The notes beneath the pieces were generated by a model. That model was not told where the DNA came from. It was given only the letters and a program-made list of their open reading frames with translations, and did not search any database. Shown here piece after piece: positions 33,415 to 38,870 of a DNA stretch of 38,870 nt; position 1 is the first letter of the stretch, and every line of letters starts with the position of its first letter. The stretch covers positions 1 to 38,870 of the forward strand of contig JAFCEI010000001.1 of assembly GCA_017609245.1 (NCBI GenBank), given 5' to 3'. The DNA comes from Candidatus Woesearchaeota archaeon (GTDB lineage Archaea; Nanobdellota; Nanobdellia; Woesearchaeales; JAFCFN01). The position numbers and the translations under genes are program-made.

Positions 33415-34755
33415 ATGACAATAGAAATATGCACAGTTGGCGGATATAATGAGGTTGGAAAGAACTGCACTACCATAAGAGTTGATGACGAGATTGTAGT
33501 TATGGATTTGGGGCTGCATCTTGAGAATTATATCAAATATACTGAAGAAGAAAGGGAAGAGCTGAGATTTATATCTGGCTCAAAGCTTATTGAGGTTGGG
33601 GCTGCCCCAGATATTTCTGTTATCAAACAGATGAAAGGTGAGGTAAAAGCAATAATTCCCACTCATGCTCATCTGGATCATATCGGAGCAATACCTTTCT
33701 TGGGGCATAGGTTCAGGAAAGCCGAGATTCTATGCAGCCCATATACAAATGCTGTTTTAAGTGCAATTCTAAAAGATGAAAAAATAGACCTAAGAAACAA
33801 GATCAAAGTGTTGAATGTAAATTCTGTCTATAAGGTATCTGATAAGATAAAGATTGAGTTTATCAATATAACACATTCTACTCCTCAAACAGTGATGGTC
33901 GCAATCCACACTCCTGAGGGAATTGTGCTTTATGCTAATGATTTTAAGTTTGACAACAATCCTACTCTTGGAAAAAAGCCAAACTATGACAGGCTAAAAA
34001 GGCTGAAGAATGTCAGGGCATTGATATCTGATTCCATATACAGCAGGGATGCGATGAAAACCCCTTCTGAACTGGTTGCCAAGGATATGCTAAAGGATGT
34101 GCTGCTTGGCGTGAAAAGCAAGAACAAAGCCCTTATTGTGACCACGTTTTCATCACATTTGGCAAGATTAAAAAGCATAATAGAATGTGGCAGGCAACTG
34201 CACAGAAAAATAGTATTTTTAGGCAGAAGCTTATCAAAATATGTCAGTGCTGGCGAAGATATTGGCCTGATCAATTTCTCAAAAGATGTTGAATTGGTGA
34301 AATACAGAAATCAGATAAAAAAAAGGCTGAGGCAGATTGAAAAAGAGGGCAGAGATAAATATTTGATCGTGATGACCGGACATCAGGGAGAGCCAAAAGC
34401 GGTTTTATCAAGGATTGTTCACGGATCAATACCTTTCAGCCTTTACCCAAATGATATTCTTGTATTTTCATGCAGAGTTATCCCAACAAAAATCAATATT
34501 GATAATAGAAAATATCTTGAAGACCAGCTTAAAAAACTGGGGGTGAGGATATTCAAAGACGTTCATGTATCTGGTCATGCTGCTAAAGAGGATGACAGGG
34601 ATTTGCTGGAGATACTTGAGCCAGATCACATCATCCCTGCTCATGCTGAAGATGCAAAGAAGATCGGATTGATAGAGCTTGGGAATGAGCTTGGATATAA
34701 AAAAGGTAAGACAAGCCATCTGATGCATGACGGCGATAGGCTAACATTGAGTTAA
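33415..34755 (+). CDS. rnj: Archaeal RNase J-like beta-CASP/MBL ribonuclease
   Basis: CTVGGYNEVGKNCTTI, the HxHxDH motif (PTHAHLDHIGAIP), and the beta-CASP region ...VTTFSSHLARL...GHQGEP...HVSGHA. Confidence 0.8.
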   Translation: MTIEICTVGGYNEVGKNCTTIRVDDEIVVMDLGLHLENYIKYTEEEREELRFISGSKLIEVGAAPDISVIKQMKGEVKAIIPTHAHLDHIGAIPFLGHRFRKAEILCSPYTNAVLSAILKDEKIDLRNKIKVLNVNSVYKVSDKIKIEFINITHSTPQTVMVAIHTPEGIVLYANDFKFDNNPTLGKKPNYDRLKRLKNVRALISDSIYSRDAMKTPSELVAKDMLKDVLLGVKSKNKALIVTTFSSHLARLKSIIECGRQLHRKIVFLGRSLSKYVSAGEDIGLINFSKDVELVKYRNQIKKRLRQIEKEGRDKYLIVMTGHQGEPKAVLSRIVHGSIPFSLYPNDILVFSCRVIPTKINIDNRKYLEDQLKKLGVRIFKDVHVSGHAAKEDDRDLLEILEPDHIIPAHAEDAKKIGLIELGNELGYKKGKTSHLMHDGDRLTLS

Positions 34756-34814
34756 GAGAACAATAAAACTTATATATTAGAGATGTCTAAGTGAAAAATA
34801 AAGGGGGAGTGAAT

Positions 34815-35558
34815 ATGAAACTTGTTTTAATAGAGCCCAAATATCTAAAAGAGAGTGTAAGTATAATCTCTGAATTAGTTAATGAAAGCAGATTTAAGAT
34901 AACGCCTCAGGCTGTTGAGCTAGTTGCCATGGATCCTGCTAATGTTGCAATGGTCATTTTCAAACTATTATCATCTTCATTCAGCGAGTATGATGTTAAA
35001 GAGACTGTTGAGTTAGGCATAAACCTGAATAATCTTAAACAGATCTTAAGAAGAGTCAAATCAAATGACATATTGAGCCTGGAATTAATTGAAAACAGGC
35101 TAAAGATTGAGCTAAAAGGGGCTACAACAAGGACTTTCTCTCTTCCAATAATTGACCTTGAGGAAAAAGAACAAAAAATACCTGAGTTGAATTTCCCAGC
35201 TGAGATCAAGACAAATTCAGCCATATTAAGTGATGCAATAGAAGATGCAGATATTGTTGGAGAGAGTGTAAGTTTTGTTGCTGAACCTAAAAAATTCTCA
35301 ATACTTGCCCATGGTGAGCTAAGTAAAGCTAACATTGAAGTAAAACAAGATACTGAAACTGTCATCAATATGAAAGACTCAAACAAGATTGCGTCTAAAT
35401 ACAGCATAGAATATCTAAAAAAGATGATTATGGGCGGAAAGATAGCTGACAAGGTCTCAATATTGTTTGACAAGGATTATCCTCTCAGGCTTGACTTTAA
35501 GGCTGTTGACAAGATGCTTCTGAGCTTTATCCTTGCTCCTAGAGTTGAGAATGAATGA
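34815..35558 (+). CDS. pcn: DNA polymerase sliding clamp (PCNA)
   Basis: Start reset to ATG 34815, behind GGGGGAG. LKESVSIISELVNESRFKITPQAVELVAMDPANVAMVIFKL...IEYLKKM.... Confidence 0.85.
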   Translation: MKLVLIEPKYLKESVSIISELVNESRFKITPQAVELVAMDPANVAMVIFKLLSSSFSEYDVKETVELGINLNNLKQILRRVKSNDILSLELIENRLKIELKGATTRTFSLPIIDLEEKEQKIPELNFPAEIKTNSAILSDAIEDADIVGESVSFVAEPKKFSILAHGELSKANIEVKQDTETVINMKDSNKIASKYSIEYLKKMIMGGKIADKVSILFDKDYPLRLDFKAVDKMLLSFILAPRVENE

Positions 35559-35925
35559 GTATATTTCTTTAAACCCGAAGGTCTTAAAGGGGATCATAGT
35601 TGGAACTACTCGCGGATGTTCTGAATCTGAAAGAGATTTGATAATAGAAGGGACTCATAGAGCAAGTGAATTAGTTAAGCTGCTGGCAGATGACTGCGGA
35701 GTCAGGTTTGATGGTGAAAAAGAGGAAAACATACACAGGATAATGGATGCTTATGACAAGAATCTACTGTCAGAGGAAGAATATAGGTGTGCAATAGACC
35801 AGTATGATTTTCTTGTCAAGTTCAAATTATCAGTAGGAAATATAGGCGACATTTGCAGAGGTCCTTCCTATCTAACTAAAAAGGAGGTTGAAAATGGAGA
35901 TAAAAGAAGTACAAGACAAGATTAG
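35551..35925 (+). CDS. Hypothetical protein (124 aa)
   Basis: Its ATG overlaps the PCNA stop (ATGAATGA). No motif recognised. Confidence 0.4.
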   Translation: MNEYISLNPKVLKGIIVGTTRGCSESERDLIIEGTHRASELVKLLADDCGVRFDGEKEENIHRIMDAYDKNLLSEEEYRCAIDQYDFLVKFKLSVGNIGDICRGPSYLTKKEVENGDKRSTRQD

Positions 35926-36061
35926 GGATCTTATCAACTGGGTAGAGGTCTGGAATCTAGAAGAGATTGAAGGCGGTGTCAAAAAGATAGAAGATGATGT
36001 TGTTGAGCAGTTAAAACAAAAATTAGCTGATTTGAGCCAGGCCGTTGGAAGCGTAGAATAA
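35894..36061 (+). CDS. Candidate 55-aa helical protein
   Basis: Unlisted ORF MEIKEVQDKIRDLINWVEVWNLEEIEGGVKKIEDDVVEQLKQKLADLSQAVGSVE, 5 nt behind a strong AAGGAGGT. It overlaps the previous ORF out of frame by 32 nt. Confidence 0.35.
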   Translation: MEIKEVQDKIRDLINWVEVWNLEEIEGGVKKIEDDVVEQLKQKLADLSQAVGSVE

Positions 36062-36088
36062 GATTTCTTTTATTTTTAATTTTGATTA

Positions 36089-36174
36089 TACGGCTGGCGG
36101 GAATCGAACCCGCATTAGAAGCTGTTTCCTAGTTTAATTGGGAAGCTCCTGTCTTGCCACTAGACCACAACCGT
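36089..36174 (-). tRNA. tRNA-Gly (CCC) with a 15-nt intron at 37/38
   Basis: Hand fold of the reverse complement:
- Acceptor ACGGUUG/CAGCCGU with A73.
- D arm GUCU-AGUGGCA-AGAC.
- Anticodon stem GGAGC/GCUUC with loop UUCCCA...A.
- 22 nt lie between the stem halves; intron GGAA can pair with UUCC of the loop (BHB-like).
- T arm GCGGG-UUCGAUU-CCCGC.
- No encoded CCA. Confidence 0.75.
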
Positions 36175-36209
36175 TTGAATACAAATAAAAAAGAAAGAGT
36201 TAATAAAAC

Positions 36210-36506
36210 TTATTCCATAGCAACTTCTTCAGAAGGTTCTTCAGATTCATAACTTGGAACTGCTGCTTTTGATATTATCATTATGTCACCAACAGATTTG
36301 ACCAGCTGGTGAGGAACAATAACTCCTTTTGCTGAGCCAAGCACTTTGCTTAAGAATGAGTTCTTAGATGCTTTTATTTTCCATCCAGATACCTTATTTT
36401 TTGTCAAGATACTCTCTTCTACATCTCCAAAAAACTCTCCTGTATCAGTAAAAACCTTCATATCGAATGTTTCAGATATTCTTTTTAATCTTAACATGCT
36501 AACCAC
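36210..36506 (-). CDS. PRC-barrel domain protein
   Basis: 98 aa. RLKRISETFDMKVFTDTGEFFGDVEESILTKNKVSGWKI...VIVPHQLVKSVGDIMIISK is the typical small archaeal PRC-barrel layout. Confidence 0.7.
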   Translation of the reverse strand: MVSMLRLKRISETFDMKVFTDTGEFFGDVEESILTKNKVSGWKIKASKNSFLSKVLGSAKGVIVPHQLVKSVGDIMIISKAAVPSYESEEPSEEVAME

Positions 36507-36604
36507 CTATATAATTTATATTATTGTAGGATAGCTTATGGTATTTATATCTTTTGCTTTTTTATAGCAATGTTTATAAAATCAATTTTGTGTACTGCAT
36601 TTTG

Positions 36605-37273
36605 ATGAAATACAAGAACTTAATTTTAGTAGGTACAAGCCATATAGCAAAACAAAGTGTGGATCAGGTTAAAAACATTATTCTAGATAAAGATCCTGAT
36701 ATAATTGCTCTGGAACTGGACAGAAAAAGGTTTTATGCTTTAAGATATAAAAAACAAAGAAAAGCCAGTCTTCGCAGCATAAAAAACATCGGTGTCAAGG
36801 GTTTTTTATTTCAGTTGATAGGCGCTTGGGTTGAGGCAAAGCTTGGAAAATATGTCGGGGTAAAGCCTGGATCTGAGATGATAACTGCTATACAGCTTGC
36901 CAAAGAACATAAGAAAAAGATTGCTCTGATTGATCAGGATATTGAGATCACTTTGAAGAGGTTTTCGCAGGAGTTCAGTTTCAAGGAAAAGGCAAATCTG
37001 GTTATTGATATTCTGACAGCTCCGTTCAAGAGAAAGAAAATCCCTTTTGACCTGACAAAAGTTCCTAGCCAGGCTGTTATTAAAAAATTAGTGGCTGATG
37101 TCAAGAAGAGATATCCTAATGTTTACAAGGTTCTGATAAAAGAAAGAAATGATGTCATGGCAAGGAACTTGTATATGCTCATGAGAGATTATCCTAAAAA
37201 GCTGATTTTAGGAATAATCGGAGCTGGGCATGAAGAAGAGATTATGGATCTTATCAAGAAGATAGAGATTTAG
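36605..37273 (+). CDS. TraB/PrgY/Tiki-family protein
   Basis: Start reset to MKYKNLILVGTSHIAKQSV. Has the GTSH motif, ...ALELDRKR..., ...PGSEM... and a C-terminal IIGAGHEEEI, matching the TraB family motif pattern. Confidence 0.8.
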   Translation: MKYKNLILVGTSHIAKQSVDQVKNIILDKDPDIIALELDRKRFYALRYKKQRKASLRSIKNIGVKGFLFQLIGAWVEAKLGKYVGVKPGSEMITAIQLAKEHKKKIALIDQDIEITLKRFSQEFSFKEKANLVIDILTAPFKRKKIPFDLTKVPSQAVIKKLVADVKKRYPNVYKVLIKERNDVMARNLYMLMRDYPKKLILGIIGAGHEEEIMDLIKKIEI

Positions 37274-37310
37274 GATAAATTATATAAAGCTGGAAAGAGT
37301 TGGTATTTGT

Positions 37311-38039
37311 ATGGAACTGCAAAGCAGAATAAAGAGGTATTTTAGTTTTAGTTCTAATGAAGTTGTGGGACTTATCATGGCTGTATTGATTACTGCATTT
37401 ATTGTTTCGTTCAATGAATGGGGGGTTGATAAGTTTGATGTTTCTTACGGGCTGGTAAACTTGATGAATTCTGTAATAATTGTTGGCGTTGTTTTACTTA
37501 TCAAAATAAGTGTGGAAAAAATAGAAGCCCTACGAAGAGGATACGATGTTAAATGGAAGATGAATCTCGCTGGCTTGATAGGAGGCTTGATTTTGGTTTT
37601 CATAACAAACGGGGGTTTGTTTGTGCTGGTACCTGGCAGCATGGCTATTGGCTTGATCAAGAGATTAAGGTTAGGCAAATTCAGATATGGATTGAACAGG
37701 TTTGAGGTCGGATTAGTTGCTTTTGGAGGGGTGCTGGCAACATTAGGGATGGCTGTTTTGTTCAAGGCTCTTGCTTTTATATCGCCCGGAGCCTTATTAG
37801 ACAAGGCTGTTAACATCAGCTTGTTGCTGACTATTTTCAGCATACTACCCATCCCTTACTTAGAGGGGTACAGAATCTGGCTTGGAAGCAGGCTGCTGTA
37901 TTTTTTTTGCCTTGGCTTAGTGATTGGGCTTTCTGCTTTGTTCTATCTGACCAGTTTTGTTACAGCTGTATTTGGCGCAATAGGGGTTGCTGTTTTGATT
38001 TGGGTGCTGTATTATATTCTGTTTGAGAGAAATTTTTAG
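37311..38039 (+). CDS. Polytopic membrane protein resembling a site-2 protease (M50) with degenerate catalytic motifs
   Basis: ISVEKIEALRRGYDVKWKMNLAGLIGG sits where M50 enzymes have HExxHA..a.G...l..GG. FSILPIPYLEGYRIW sits where they have NLlPxxPLDGgri. Both metal-ligand positions appear replaced. Confidence 0.45.
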   Translation: MELQSRIKRYFSFSSNEVVGLIMAVLITAFIVSFNEWGVDKFDVSYGLVNLMNSVIIVGVVLLIKISVEKIEALRRGYDVKWKMNLAGLIGGLILVFITNGGLFVLVPGSMAIGLIKRLRLGKFRYGLNRFEVGLVAFGGVLATLGMAVLFKALAFISPGALLDKAVNISLLLTIFSILPIPYLEGYRIWLGSRLLYFFCLGLVIGLSALFYLTSFVTAVFGAIGVAVLIWVLYYILFERNF

Positions 38040-38308
38040 AAGAGGAAAGAAATTGCTGCTTTCTGCAACAGATATATTGCAAATATAAATGTCAAGAACA
38101 TGGGGTTTAAACCAATAAGTAATAGTGTGATATATATTGCTGCTGCTAGGTCAATAAAACTTGCTATATCTTTCATGAACATGACTGCCTTAACTGCAAG
38201 ATAAAGAACAGTCAGAAGAGCGATTGTGTTGCCTGCTAATCTGTAATGAACCAGAACAAGGATTATTGCAGACAAGATGTCTAATATGGCAAGCGTATAC
38301 AATATCAT
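38036..38308 (-). CDS. Small membrane protein (90 aa, 3 TM)
   Basis: Hydrophobic ORF. Its 3' end overlaps the previous gene convergently by 4 nt. Confidence 0.4.
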   Translation of the reverse strand: MILYTLAILDILSAIILVLVHYRLAGNTIALLTVLYLAVKAVMFMKDIASFIDLAAAIYITLLLIGLNPMFLTFIFAIYLLQKAAISFLF

Positions 38309-38370
38309 CCAGTTAAATAGTTTAGTTAAATATTTAAATCTTGTTGTGTCTGTTTAAATCTAGGGGAGTT

Positions 38371-38870
38371 ATGCTTAAGAATTTCAAACCAAGACTGTAT
38401 CAGGAGACTATTTTTTCTAGTTGTGCTGCTAAAAACACCCTGGTTGTTCTGCCAACTGGACTTGGAAAGACAAATGTCTTTCTTATGTTGGCAAGCCATA
38501 GGCTGAAACTGTTTCCAAACAGTAAAATATTATTTATAGGGCCTACAAAGCCGCTGATAGAGCAGTATTATCAGGTTTTTCAAGAGTATTTTGAGCTGGA
38601 TGAAAAAGATTATGCTGTATTTACTGGTATGGTTAGGCCACAGAAAAGGGCTGAGCTTTGGAAAAAAGCAAAGGTTATTTTTTCAACGCCTCAGGGTCTG
38701 GAAAATGATATCATCAGCAGAAGGATTGATCTTAGTGATGTTTCTCTGCTTGGTGTTGATGAGGCTCACAGAGCTGTCGGCGATTATGCTTATGTGTTTG
38801 TTGCAAAGCAGTATCAGAAACTTGCAAAGTATCCAAGAATAATTGCTTTGACTGCTTCTCCTGGTGCTGA
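38371..38870 (+). CDS. hef: Hef/FANCM-type helicase, N-terminal ~166 codons (continues past the right edge)
   Basis: Absent from the track because it has no stop in the window. My translation is MLKNFKPRLYQETIFSSCAAKNTLVVLPTGLGKTNVFLMLA...FSTPQGLENDII...LLGVDEAHRAVGDYAYV...IIALTASPG, giving helicase motifs I, Ia, II and III. An AGGGGAG SD precedes it. Confidence 0.8.
   Translation, partial: MLKNFKPRLYQETIFSSCAAKNTLVVLPTGLGKTNVFLMLASHRLKLFPNSKILFIGPTKPLIEQYYQVFQEYFELDEKDYAVFTGMVRPQKRAELWKKAKVIFSTPQGLENDIISRRIDLSDVSLLGVDEAHRAVGDYAYVFVAKQYQKLAKYPRIIALTASPGA

Noticed and set aside
34907-35473. 188-aa minus-strand ORF inside PCNA
   Set aside because: Shadow ORF opposite a confidently identified PCNA gene, with Ser/Ile-rich composition and no start context.
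38591-38842. 83-aa plus-strand ORF near the right edge
   Set aside because: It is out of frame within the Hef helicase reading frame (from ATG 38371), which carries helicase motifs I-III.
1-38870. Search for CRISPR arrays, rRNA genes, transposases or integrases, and long direct repeats
   Set aside because: By eye I found no regularly spaced direct repeats, no rRNA-like conserved stretches and no recombinase motifs. The only mobile-type gene is the LAGLIDADG ORF.

Overview
AT-rich, densely packed archaeal chromosome segment. The gene set and style point to a small-genome, DPANN-like archaeon, but that placement is inference. All calls come from reading the supplied translations, my own translation of unlisted frames, and hand-folding of RNAs; no similarity search was run.

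The content is mostly housekeeping:
- Topo VI subunit B (partial, off the left edge), a Dim2-like KH protein, archaeal DnaG, TrpRS, a presenilin-type protease, an MBL hydrolase and an HD phosphohydrolase.
- SRP RNA, IlvE and a bacterial-type LeuRS.
- The canonical cluster S13-S4-S11-RpoD-L18e-L13-S9-RpoN.
- NAC, Sec61beta, RNase P RNA, GyrA, Ndk and ScpB.
- A large lamin-tail-domain surface protein, a radical SAM enzyme, RNase J, PCNA, a PRC-barrel protein and a TraB/Tiki-like protein.
- The N-terminus of Hef helicase (partial, off the right edge).

Three tRNAs (His, Leu, Gly) are present and all carry introns. Many junctions are overlapping stop/start codons (ATGA, TAATG). Both Shine-Dalgarno-led (GGAGG) and apparently leaderless genes occur behind (C/G)TTTATAAA-type TATA boxes.

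Items that stand out:
- A three-gene cluster of paralogous small coiled-coil proteins of no family I can name (31247-32415). This is my best candidate for an undescribed module.
- A frameshifted free-standing LAGLIDADG endonuclease gene next to a tRNA-Leu whose intron sits at a non-canonical position.
- A TraB/Tiki-like gene paired with a site-2-protease-like membrane protein whose catalytic motifs are degenerate.
- A tandem pair of divergent paralogs (20396-21320).
- A 465-bp intergenic region upstream of dnaG with a promoter-preceded hairpin RNA candidate and a perfect 15-bp inverted repeat.
- Several unlisted small ORFs translationally coupled to gyrA and ndk.

No CRISPR array, rRNA gene, transposase or integrase was seen.
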